A DNA stretch of 64,000 nucleotides from Octopus vulgaris (lineage: Eukaryota), in the NCBI GenBank assembly GCA_951406725.2, contig OX597815.1:176328001-176392000 (forward strand). The letters are read 5' to 3'. Shown here one piece after another: positions 23,868 through 36,479 of this stretch. The notes beneath the pieces were generated by a model that was not told the origin of the DNA, searched no databases, and saw nothing but the letters and a program-made list of their open reading frames with translations. Position 1 is the first letter of the stretch, and every line of letters begins with the position of its first letter. The translations under genes and the position numbers were made by a program.

Positions 23868-24316
23868 TTCTTCTTTCAAATTTGCTTCCATTTCTTGCCG
23901 AGTGTCTTCCCGACTCCTAGGGCAAAGAAACTCATAGTATACATTAGTAGGCCATTAAACTAAACTCAATAGTTCGTTAATCTTAAAAATTTTTTTTTTT
24001 AAGTTAAATTAAAATACATGGGTAGTAATAGTTCTCACATCGACAATGCTCTTCTCTATACGTGTGATGTACCAGTTAAGACAATCCTTTGCACTTCTTG
24101 CCGGGATGGTAAGCCAGGGATCATTCTCATATAATTTTCGGTTCCCTTCTTGATCATTCCTAGTGCTCCTACGATCACTGGTATTGTAACCGCCTTGAGA
24201 TGCCACATTTTCTCAATTTCAATGAGCAGGTCTTTATATTTTCTGAGCTTGTCAAACTCTTTTGCCGAGATCACAAGGGATGCTCATGTCGATCAATAAG
24301 CAAACTTTATTGTTTT
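23868..24316 (-). mobile_element. RLE-bearing LINE (R4/Dong-like) 3' end
   Basis: KEFDKLRKYKDLLIEIEKMWHLKAVTIPVIVGALG...VQRIVLTGTSHV is a restriction-like endonuclease C-terminus. Followed by a 3' UTR and poly(A)/(TAA)n. Confidence 0.85.
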
Positions 24317-24406
24317 GGTCTTCTTCTTCTTCTTCTTCTTCTTCTTCTTCTTCTTCTTCTTCTTCTTCTTCTTCTTCTTCTTCTTCTTCTTCTTCTTCTT
24401 CTTCTT

Positions 24407-24471
<65 letters not shown>

Positions 24472-24475
<4 letters not shown>

Positions 24476-24659
24476 TAGTTTTATTTTTATTTTTATAGCG
24501 TGCTTTCACTTCACTACCGAGCGCAGCTCTGTGCCTTGGGTATGTGCTGTGATTTGTTGTGATGCTCTGATGGTTATTGTATGGAAAGTGTTCTGCGTAG
24601 GATGTGGGCAGTGCCTAGTAGTGCAATTTTCTGTATGTTATATGTGTTTGTAAGTCCTG

Positions 24660-24715
<56 letters not shown>

Positions 24716-24787
24716 CATTACTGTTATTGAGTGGAGAGAGCAGTGCATGCCAACAAAGTGACACTGGGATAAAATATACGAAGCCCA

Positions 24788-24822
<35 letters not shown>

Positions 24823-25153
24823 TATGTTTGACTTTTGCTTTATATTTGTACAAGTTGGCTCCAAGTCTCACCCAGAGACCTCAAGAGACAACAGGGTTGG
24901 AAGTTCATGTTGTTGTTATGCCTAGTGTGCCATATATTTGGGGGGTGGGGATGTTGTACTAATGAATGTCTAAAAATAAAAAAAAAAAAAGGTTTTTTTT
25001 TTGTTTTTTGTTTTTTAAACCGAAAATTATGTTTGTTTTAAACCTTGAGATTACATAGAGAGTATTTTGCGTAGGATATGAGCAGTTCCCATGAGCACTA
25101 TCTTTTGAACTTCTGCCATTTTTGGGTTTCCTGGTATCTGAGTTAGGTAGCTA

Positions 25154-25199
<46 letters not shown>

Positions 25200-25350
25200 T
25201 ATTATTATTTTAGTTTGGTTCATTTCAGTCTTATTATCGGTAGGATTTATGTGGGTAGCAGGTTGCTACCTGTAACCTTAGCGATCCACAAGTTCTCAGC
25301 TATCTTACAAGTGATTAGAACTCTCGGCAAATTCTACTGCATCACCTGCC
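24472..25350 (-). mobile_element. Further RLE-LINE 3' ends separated by (TTA)n
   Basis: 24660-24575 reads GLTNTYNIQKIALLGTAHILRRTLSIQ*. 25150-25050 reads YLTQIPGNPKMAEVQKIVLMGTAHILRKILSM*. 25350-25210 is a third, 3'-UTR-like end. Confidence 0.8.
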
Positions 25351-25354
25351 ACAC

Positions 25355-25444
25355 AGAGATATAAGCAGTGGTTGAACGATAGAGCAGTTGTATACTGTCG
25401 ACAGTATACAACTGCTCTATCGTTCCACCACTGCTTATATCTCT
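25355..25444. repeat. 90-bp loopless palindrome (1 mismatch)
   Basis: AGAGATATAAGCAGTGGTTGAACGATAGAGCAGTTGTATACTGTC|GACAGTATACAACTGCTCTATCGTTCCACCACTGCTTATATCTCT. Confidence 0.95.
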
Positions 25445-25562
25445 TTGAGATATTTAGAAATTTAATCTTTCTAATTTTGATGATCAGTGAATATACTTCA
25501 CTGAATATATATATATATGTTTACAAGTCTAGACAGGTATCTTCAGCTGCAGGCTTTGCTGC

Positions 25563-25604
25563 TCCAGACTGATGACGAGCAAGACTCAGAAACATGTCTC
25601 TGGA
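25563..25604 (+). ncRNA. Minimal type-I hammerhead ribozyme
   Basis: TCCAGA-CTGATGA-C-GAG(caaga)CTC-A-GAAA-CATG-TC^TCTGGA. 6-bp stem I, intact core, palindromic stem III ACATGT, GUC cleavage triplet. Confidence 0.75.
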
Positions 25605-25706
25605 TGCAGGCCTAGCTGTTGGGGGTGCTTGTCTCCCCTTTGTAAACATAAGGACAAAGGAAATGTGTCAAGGCCGACATATATACATACATATATGGTT
25701 ATAGAT

Positions 25707-25831
25707 AATCTCTGACGAGGCCTACATATATATATAAGTACCTCATTTTCAACTGCCTATCACCTCAATACCCTTGACTGATATAGGCAGAATGAGATGC
25801 TTTTATCTATGGGCTGAAACTGTAAGTGATT
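25707..25831 (+). ncRNA. Type-I hammerhead-like motif with about 95-nt stem II
   Basis: AATCT-CTGACGA-GGCC...CTCATT..CTGCCTATCA...TGATATAGGCAG AATGAG...GGCT-GAAA-CTG-TA^AGTGATT. Stem I is imperfect. Confidence 0.6.
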
Positions 25832-26044
25832 TTAATAATTTATATTCATGTTTTTTAATAATTGCTTGTATTCTTATTTCATATGCATAGAATAATATGC
25901 TATATGTATGTATGTTATTATAATTATCATTTAAAAAAATAAATAAGTTAAGATTTTAATGTCCTGAAGTTGATGAACCAACTATTGTGCTTTTCCATTT
26001 TCTTTCTCATTTGCAATACATACATACATACATACATACATACA

Positions 26045-26081
<37 letters not shown>

Positions 26082-26112
26082 AAACTAATCCATTCTTGTT
26101 GCTTTTTTCTCG

Positions 26113-26269
<157 letters not shown>

Positions 26270-26277
26270 TTATTGTT

Positions 26278-26330
<53 letters not shown>

Positions 26331-26344
26331 CATACATATATATA

Positions 26345-26587
26345 TAATAGTGTAATAAATAAAATATATGCATACATACAAACATATATGTACGTGCCTA
26401 CATCTACATGTATATTGTATATATACATGCATATATAAATATATATACGTGTGTACAGGACACCACAAATAGACGTAGAACTCAATACGTATATATATTT
26501 ATATATGCATGTATATATACATGTAGATGTAGGTACGTACATATATGTTTGTATGTATGCATATATTTTATTTATTACACTATTGTA
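26345..26587. repeat. Inverted repeat, about 105-bp arms and 35-bp spacer
   Basis: AATAGTGTAATAAATAAAATATATGCATACATACAAAC... is mirrored by ...GTTTGTATGTATGCATATATTTTATTTATTACACTATT. Confidence 0.9.
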
Positions 26588-26663
26588 TGTGTGAGCGCCT
26601 TCGCGTCGATTCGATTCGATTCGTTTGGTTTCGTTTCGTTTCTTCTTCTTCTCTAAGCTGGTT

Positions 26664-26738
<75 letters not shown>

Positions 26739-26852
26739 ATATTTCGGAATGGTCATTTTGCCAGTTTAGCCAATAAAAACACACGCACTATATATTTGGT
26801 GTTATTTTCCTTCAGTGTTATTTATTTTTTACATTAATCTTAATCTTATTTC

Positions 26853-26897
26853 GGCCAGAGTTCTTTCGTCACACTCCTGTGACCGCATCAGTGGTCC
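26853..26897 (-). ncRNA. Minimal type-I hammerhead motif (A9 to C variant) in a Penelope-like repeat
   Basis: Minus strand GGACCA-CTGATGC-G-GTCACA(ggag)TGTGAC-GAAA-GAAC-TC^TGGCC. Confidence 0.6.
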
Positions 26898-26961
26898 TTT
26901 GTTTTCTTCTTTCTTATTTGTGTCTCTCCTTTCTAACCGTCAGCCATTTTGTATATGTATG

Positions 26962-27030
<69 letters not shown>

Positions 27031-27093
27031 ACATGTGTGTGTGTGTGTGTTTACAAAGTCTAGACAGGTATCTTCAGCTGCAGGCCTTGCTGC

Positions 27094-27140
27094 TCCAGAC
27101 TGATGACCTCAGCAAGTCTTTTTAGAAACATGTCTCTGGA
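27094..27140 (+). ncRNA. Second copy of the 25563 hammerhead, stem II disrupted
   Basis: TCCAGA-CTGATGA-cctcagcaagtcttttta-GAAA-CATG-TC-TCTGGA, within the duplicated block 27050-27238. Confidence 0.5.
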
Positions 27141-27235
27141 TGCAGGCCTAGCTGTTGGGGGTGCTTGTCTCCCTTTGTAAACATAAGTACATCCGGAAAT
27201 GTGTCAAGAAGCCGACATATATACATACATATATG

Positions 27236-27450
27236 GTTAGGTTCTTCGGGAGGATATTGAAGAGCTGTGGGCCTCTGAAGCCCAGGCTGTCACAGTATCT
27301 TGTCCTACATCTTGATGGCAAATTTGGAGTCCTTGGTACTACGCAGTGGCGTCCGGTTCTGGCATTTGTGTGACTCTCGATGCCAAAGTTTGGGACAAGT
27401 CCTTCCAGGATCTTCCAGATATATATTATGGCATATCTTTCTCGCCTAGG
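27236..27450 (-). mobile_element. CR1/L2-group LINE ORF2 C-terminal fragment
   Basis: [35 protein letters not shown]...[18 protein letters not shown]. Confidence 0.85.
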
Positions 27451-27477
27451 TGTATATGTATATATATAGATATATAC

Positions 27478-27541
<64 letters not shown>

Positions 27542-27699
27542 ATATATATGTATATATCTATATATATATACATATATAAATAAGTTAAGATTTTAATGTC
27601 CTGAAGTTGATGAACCAACTTTTGTGCTTCTCCATTTTCTTATTTGCAATACATACACATACATACATACATACATACATACATACATACATACATACA

Positions 27700-27817
<118 letters not shown>

Positions 27818-27826
27818 ATACATATA

Positions 27827-27865
<39 letters not shown>

Positions 27866-28514
27866 GTATATATCTATCTATATATACATATATATATAGA
27901 TATATATATGTATATATATATATATACATATATATATCTATATATATACATATACACCTTTTACTTATACATCCCATTTGCTGAATATCTATGGGGTTTC
28001 CCGTTGCAAAAAATATCCCCGTCGCCCGTCACTTTTGCTCTGCCAGCCGTTCCGCCGCACGCGCCGCTACCTGTGCCTAGGCTTTGTACCATGGATCCAC
28101 CACCACGAGACGTCGCCTTGAACAACGTTATGTCTCTCTATAACCCCAACCGCCACTCCTTCCAGTAACATCTACGTAGTGTTTTTTTTAATGTTTTCAA
28201 AATTATTCTTTTACTTGTTTCAGTCGGTTCTCAAGCGGTGATACAAAAAGACACACACACATAGATACATACGTATATATGCACACAACGAGCTTCTTTC
28301 CTTTTCCGTTTACCAAATCCACTCATAAGGCTTTGGTCTGCCAAGGTTATAGTAAAAGTCACTTGCCCAAGGTCCCGTGCTGTGGGATTGATCCCAGAAC
28401 CGTGTGCTTGGGAAGCAATTAAAACATTTTTGAACATTTAAATTTAACTTGTTATCTTTTTGATTATATCTAGATTATTTTAACTTTTAATTTATCTTCC
28501 GCACACTTTGTAAT

Positions 28515-28955
28515 GAATGTAAACTTGTTACCAGTTTATAATTTGCGAGTGGTATCTTCGAAACCGTAAGAAATCCATTCATTGTATGGAAGAAATTTCT
28601 TGCTGTTAAACAGTTGTAATTACACAGATTCAGCTCGCGGTGATCCCTTTCCAGGCTGTGCAATGCATACATTTCGAAGTGGTTATTTCCTCTTCAGAAA
28701 CAGAGACTGGAAAGGCAGACGCTGCGAGCTGACACGAGAGACAGGTCCCTCTTATGATATTCCCATCACCGTCCAATAAACGGTTACCCTCTTCAGCAGT
28801 TGGCCGTAAATAAAATACAGGTGACAGCAGGGCTAAGCAGTGATGTGTCTAAATATAAATTTGTTACCAGTTCAAATATGCTTGACGTACATTCGACCTG
28901 TAAAAGAAGCCATTCGCTGTATTTTGCCGTGGAGAAAAAATTTCTTGCTGTAGAC
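28515..28955. repeat. Diverged direct repeats of about 100 bp, about 335 bp apart
   Basis: AATGTAAACTTGTTACCAGTT...CCATTC...AAATTTCTTGCTGT at 28517-28606 and again at 28852-28951. Confidence 0.65.
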
Positions 28956-29188
28956 AAATCAGTGAAAACACATCGAATCAGTCTGTAGCATTCCGTAATC
29001 AGACTGTTTGATGCCTACATTTGGTATCAATTCTGGCATTTGAACTATAAGCTTCTAATGGTAGACACGATAAAACTTTAAGAAGAAATAAATTATTTTG
29101 AGCATAGACATGCTCTCAATGTTTTCAATACAACATGTTTAAAAGTAAAGTTGTACTCAATACAATACATACATACGTACGTACGTAC

Positions 29189-29243
<55 letters not shown>

Positions 29244-29245
29244 CA

Positions 29246-29278
<33 letters not shown>

Positions 29279-29318
29279 GCACGCACGCACACATGCATAC
29301 ATATACACAGATACACAC

Positions 29319-29351
<33 letters not shown>

Positions 29352-29453
29352 TGTATGTATGTATGTATGTACGTATGTATGTTATGTATGTATGTATGTA
29401 TGTATGTATGTATGTATGTATGTATGTATGTATGTATGTATGTCAGTGTCAGT

Positions 29454-29637
29454 GCCAAGCAGTGATTAGGAATAAACGAACTTTAGTTAAAAAATGTTCG
29501 CATCTTACTTTAACTTCTAAAGGTAAATTTACTGCAGTTACTGCGAAGAAGAAGAAAAAAAAATGTCTTTATGGTAAAAGGTGTTAAAACAGCATATCTG
29601 CCCAGTGCTATATGTTAAAATGCCACAAACAGATTTC

Positions 29638-29640
<3 letters not shown>
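29454..29640. repeat. Unclassified dispersed repeat
   Basis: Reverse complement of parts of 51728-52001 (GCCAAGCAGTG..TAGG..TAA...AAAACAGCATATCTG..CAGTG...CACAAACAGATTTCAA). Confidence 0.65.
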
Positions 29641-29674
<34 letters not shown>

Positions 29675-29709
29675 ACACACACACACACACCAACACACAC
29701 ACGCGCGCA

Positions 29710-29749
<40 letters not shown>

Positions 29750-29880
29750 GAGACATAGACATAGAGAAGTATACATGCTCACACTTATACGTGTGTCTAT
29801 GTCTGCATGTGTGTGAATGTAATGTATGTTCTAAGTTAATCTCTGCATATGTAGAGAGAGAGAGAGAGAGAGAGAAAGAA

Positions 29881-29945
<65 letters not shown>

Positions 29946-30475
29946 AAGAGAGAGAGAGAAAGAGAGAGAGAGAGAGCAGTTCAGTCTGGAAGACGAGAAA
30001 AATATTATCATTTTGTCACGTTTTTTTCATGGCACACACGTGCTCACGCATATGTAGTTACAAGTCTACATGTGTCTGCTTGTTTTTCTTTCCACCTGAC
30101 TAAAAGCGGTCTCATTCATGTTGTAGATATCAATATCTCGGAACCTGGCAGCTGGTCAAACAGGTGCAATGAAAAAGTACCAGGATGAATGAATTACAAA
30201 ATTATTGAAAGTGGTGCCCCAGCACGGCCGCAAATGACACTCGCGCGTGCACATATGCGTACTAGGATACGTTTACTGACAGACACAGAGACATCTGCTG
30301 GGCAGAGTTTCAACAAATACAGTCGTAGCATTATCAGAGATTATCAGTGAATATAAACGTGATACTTTAAAGTGATCGTATCTCTTTTTAAATTTAGAAC
30401 ACAGACAATCTATCAAATAGAAAAATTGTTATCTGTAAATCTCTCAACGAGAGACATTCAGTAACAGTACTCTAG

Positions 30476-30690
30476 AGTAAAGATTATTTGCCAAACGTAA
30501 TGTGGCAGTCCTGGTTAGGACGAATGTTACTGTTATTTAACCCCAGGAAACATCGATTCCCCTGGCTTTAAGACACACTATCTGATAGTGGGTCGTATAA
30601 CTAACTGGAGACGACGTTTACTTGGCCTAAATAACAGTAACATTCGTCCTAACCAGGACTGCCACATTATGTTGGCAAATAATCTTTACT
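30476..30690. repeat. Foldback (about 95-bp inverted arms)
   Basis: AGTAAAGATTATTTGCCAA..TAATGTGGCAGTCCTGGTTAGGACGAATGTTACTGTTATTTA and its reverse complement at 30627-30690. Confidence 0.9.
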
Positions 30691-30698
30691 ACAGGCAA

Positions 30699-31240
30699 CC
30701 TATGTACTACTAAAACTCTGTGACTGCTTGCTTGCTTGTTTGTCATTTAATATAGCCAAACCGGAGCATAATGGGAGAATACCCTGAAAGTAAAGTACCC
30801 CTGAAATGTGAATACAAATGGAACAAAACAAATTTCGTGTAAATCGGACTACAGGTTTCCGAGGTACACGTTCTTTTTGAGGTTTGTTCATACAATTTTA
30901 AGCAGTAAAACCTGCAGTTATTGCTCTTTACTATGAACTCCGGATAGTTTTTGTTGGCATAACTACAGATGTGTACCCCACCCGAATTTGTTGCTTCATA
31001 ACTTCCAGTAAAATGGATACGTTTTAACAAAATTATCATCAAATACCGCTTACATGCTGTGGATTCAGAGTATATAGGGATTTATAGGAAAGATTTTTTT
31101 TCCGAGAGAGTGACGAGAGGAGTTTTGAAAAATTCACACGATCCGACTATTTTCCGTCTTATTTTTCAGTAATGTTGAAATCAGCTTCAATGTTTTATAA
31201 CCTGAACCGTCAGTGACCCAACGGGTCACAGGTAGTCTAG
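30699..31240 (+). mobile_element. Non-autonomous Helitron
   Basis: 3' hairpin GTGACCC-AAC-GGGTCAC followed 8 nt later by CTAG|T. The 5' end A|CCTATGTACTACTAAAAC (TC changed to CC) is followed by a short (TGCT)n. Confidence 0.7.
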
Positions 31241-31559
31241 TGACACTTAAAGTTCTGGTGGCTTCACATGAGTCATACATACATATTTACACATACATAC
31301 ATGCATGCATACGTACATACATACTTGCATACATGCATACAGGAATACGTATGCGTACATACATCATACATACAAACATGCATAAATAAATATGTACAAT
31401 ATAAGTACATACATACTTCATACATAAACACATGCATACGTATGCATAGGTACATACATGAAAGAAAACGGGCCATTTCATTGAGAAAGTAGTATATGGG
31501 TACTGCGCACGAAAGACGCAATCCATAGGGGTATATATCATATAAAAAGCTTTATGCTA

Positions 31560-32175
31560 ATTTGAAGGCTGTCTCCATGGAATTCAAAAAGAGATTCCCA
31601 CCAAGAACCTGCTGCATAAAAGCCAGAAAACATTGATGGACAACAAATGTAGGCTGTGCGTAGCTAAAATCGAAGCCTTGAACAACATTATTACCAACTG
31701 CCAGAGACTGTCTTCTCGATGTCATCGTTCCATGAATCATTGTTTGGTGGCCAAAGAAGAATAAGTATAACGACAATTCCAACGGATTATATTGAGATCG
31801 GTGTGTCAAAAGACTATTAGCGGAACTTCAAAATTAAACCAACCACCAAGTTAGAACATAACTGAACAGATATGGTCGTGTAGGATCAAAAGGAAAAATA
31901 TACTTTGATATAGAAATGACCTGTCCTCTGGACAAAAACTCTGATCCAAAGATAGTGGAGAAAGGAATGATTTATGGACCATTCATAAGAAGTTTGCGAA
32001 TATCAAGATACAATTTCAGTTTCTTGTCTATTATTGTTGGAAGAACAGGATATGGTACCAGTGTGCCTGGAGCAAAGCATTGTTGAACTGGGATTCATGA
32101 GAAGAGAATGCGACTCGTTAATTAAAAGTCTACAAATGATCCCCATGACTGGGAAAATAAATGTCTGCAAAATAC
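31560..32175 (+). mobile_element. Decayed RLE-LINE fragment (CCHC knuckle plus endonuclease)
   Basis: PTKNLLHK..DNKCRLC..IE...IITNCQRLS, then KLEHN*TDMVV...IEMTCPLD, in broken frames. Confidence 0.6.
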
Positions 32176-32468
32176 CTTCGAAAGATTTAAAGGATGAGGA
32201 ACAAAAGAAAAACGTTTTCCTTCAAAACCGAGCAGATGGTCGGACAAAATTCACTGTAAATTAAAAAAACAAAAGACAAAAGGAAAATACATACATGCAT
32301 ACATACACACACACATACATACATACATGGCTCCGATGCCAATCTTGTGTGTACAAATTACAGAAAGCACTCACTGAACTGACATAAAAGTAGGATGCTT
32401 ACGGCTTAAGGCTTTCATCATAGATCTACCAACCAAGAATGATCTGGCTTAAACAAGTACTTGTGCAT

Positions 32469-32506
<38 letters not shown>

Positions 32507-32902
32507 GTGTGTGTCTGTGAGTGTGTGTGTGTATGTATAATTAATTATAGCCGATTTATCGAATGAAGATGCTCCATCTTGTTACCTTAGATATAATTAC
32601 AGGAAACCTAACTTTATGTAGGCGAAGTAGTTAACAAATTACCGACGGAGTAGACAAGATTATGATGCAATCAATAAACCTAGTAATTCGACGAGCGACG
32701 CACAATGGATTTGAGTCCCATCAGTTATTGGTTTTAGAATTAAAATTGGTGTTCACATTCTCATTATATTAATTATCATCATTACATAATAACTTATATA
32801 TGTGTGTGTGAGCGTGTGTGTGTATGAATAAATGTATACCTATATATATATGTATGTATATATATATATATAAATATATATATACACAACCCCACCATTT
32901 AT

Positions 32903-32945
<43 letters not shown>

Positions 32946-33289
32946 TGTATATATATACATACATATATGTGTGTGTATATGTAAACACGTAAATATACAT
33001 ATATATTTATACGCATTTGTATATGCATATATGCATGCATCTATATGCAATTGTATATACATAATTGCATATATAAATGTGCATGTGCATGTCTATACAC
33101 AAACTCGTGCACACATACAAATATATATATATATACCAATATATGCTTTATATATGTATACGTATGTATGTAAATATATATATGTATATATATGTATGCA
33201 TATACATATATATATACATACATAATATACATATACATATATATATATGCATAACATATATATATATATATAATATATCTATCTATCTT

Positions 33290-33430
<141 letters not shown>

Positions 33431-33524
33431 ATATATAAATGTGTGTGTGCATATATATATATATATATATACTATTCTTAAGCGAAAATGCAAAAACATT
33501 ATCAACACACATACACATATACAA

Positions 33525-33659
<135 letters not shown>

Positions 33660-33666
33660 AATAATT

Positions 33667-34207
33667 TTATAGACGTCACTAAAGTGAGAGATGATGAAAA
33701 TGGTACCGGCATTGCTAGAAATAATAGTCAGGCCGACTCATTAGCCACCAGAGCTCACTACGGTTAAAGATATAGCCGTATCACTAGAGATTTCAAATTT
33801 CGATGCCGAGCATCTTAGTTGCCGTCAGTGGCTCTTACTGCGCCTAGGGTTAAACGCAGCTCACCTTGTCAGCTTATCAGAGAATCCATTAAACTCATAC
33901 AATTATTTCAAAAAACGGTAGAAGTGAAAACTGTAAATAATGTGGGTGGCTTTTAGCAATTTCACCACCTAAAGGCAAATTTATAGACGTCAGTAAAGTG
34001 ACAGAGGGTACGAAGTGGTACCGGCATTGCTAGAAATAAGAGTCAAAACTACTCATTAGCAGCAAGAGCACTCAGTAAGTTGATAAGGCAAACAAAGCTT
34101 TGTGGCTAATGAGATATTTTGACTCTTATTTCTAGCAATGCCGGTACCGCTCTATACCTTCTGTCACTTTACTGACGTCTATATATTTGCCTTTAGGTGG
34201 TGAAATT
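33667..34207. repeat. Direct plus inverted repeat module (Penelope pseudo-LTR-like)
   Basis: TTTATAGACGTCA.TAAAGTGA...GGTACCGGCATTGCTAGAAATAA.AGTCA at 33667 and 33980, inverted at 34105-34207. Confidence 0.8.
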
Positions 34208-34248
34208 ATTAATTAGCCACGCATAATATACATACGTACATACATACA

Positions 34249-34330
<82 letters not shown>

Positions 34331-34370
34331 TACATACATACATACATACATACATACATACATACATACA

Positions 34371-34406
<36 letters not shown>

Positions 34407-34468
34407 TATTTATATATATATAATTCCTAAACAAAAATACAAAAATATTATTGACATATACATATATG

Positions 34469-34530
<62 letters not shown>

Positions 34531-34745
34531 TATGAAATGAAGTCAAACGAATAACACCTGTGTTTGACTCCATTTCTTAATTGATCCATGTCATACAAAG
34601 ATATTTCACTTAAGCCTGGAATTTATACCTTTATAAAGAGGCTGTAATATCCTTGGTACTTATGTGAATTTTTGCTACCATGGTAACTATTTATCTATTT
34701 TCCCGAGTTATTTGTACACATTGAAAAATGCACATACATATATAA

Positions 34746-34784
<39 letters not shown>

Positions 34785-34791
34785 CTCTCTT

Positions 34792-34861
<70 letters not shown>

Positions 34862-34864
<3 letters not shown>

Positions 34865-35094
34865 GGTGGGCCAAATGTCGTCTGACAGTAAATCAAAATT
34901 CCATAAATACTATCTATAATTCTGTATTAACAGAAATGGTAAAATGTGTCGCTCAAGAAGGATTTCAGTTTGAACAATTTTCATGATGTTTCGTATTTAG
35001 ATACTTTTATTAAATTCATTCAGTTGTTAAACATAAATTAATCTTGGAATTAAATGGTTTTGATTTACTATTAGGTGACTTTTTGCCAACCCTG
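34862..35094. mobile_element. Tc1/mariner MITE inserted in (TA)n
   Basis: TA|CAGGGTGGGCCAAATGTCGTCTGACAGTAAATCAAAA ... TTTTGATTTACTATTAGGTGACTTTTTGCCAACCCTG|TA. Confidence 0.85.
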
Positions 35095-36010
<916 letters not shown>

Positions 36011-36063
36011 AGAATATTTATATATATATAGATATATTAATTAATATCTTAGGGCAGCAAGAA

Positions 36064-36128
<65 letters not shown>

Positions 36129-36395
36129 TGAATAAATATAAAGTTCTGTCTGCGCAGGTCTTTACTTCGTGTTTTCGGTACGTGTTATGGCTACATAGTT
36201 ATGCATTTGTAGCGATCCCACAGATGAGCAATAGATGCCAAATTAATTTATTTGGTCATTAATAGCGAAACTCGAGGATAGGGTTAACTCAATCTCTTTT
36301 CACTAGTGTGTGTATAAGCAGCGTGCATTAAGAATTCATTTCTTTCGTGGTTTGGGTTTAATTGCCCTTTTCAACATGTAAGAAGTCCTGTCAAG

Positions 36396-36477
<82 letters not shown>

Positions 36478-36479
36478 CA

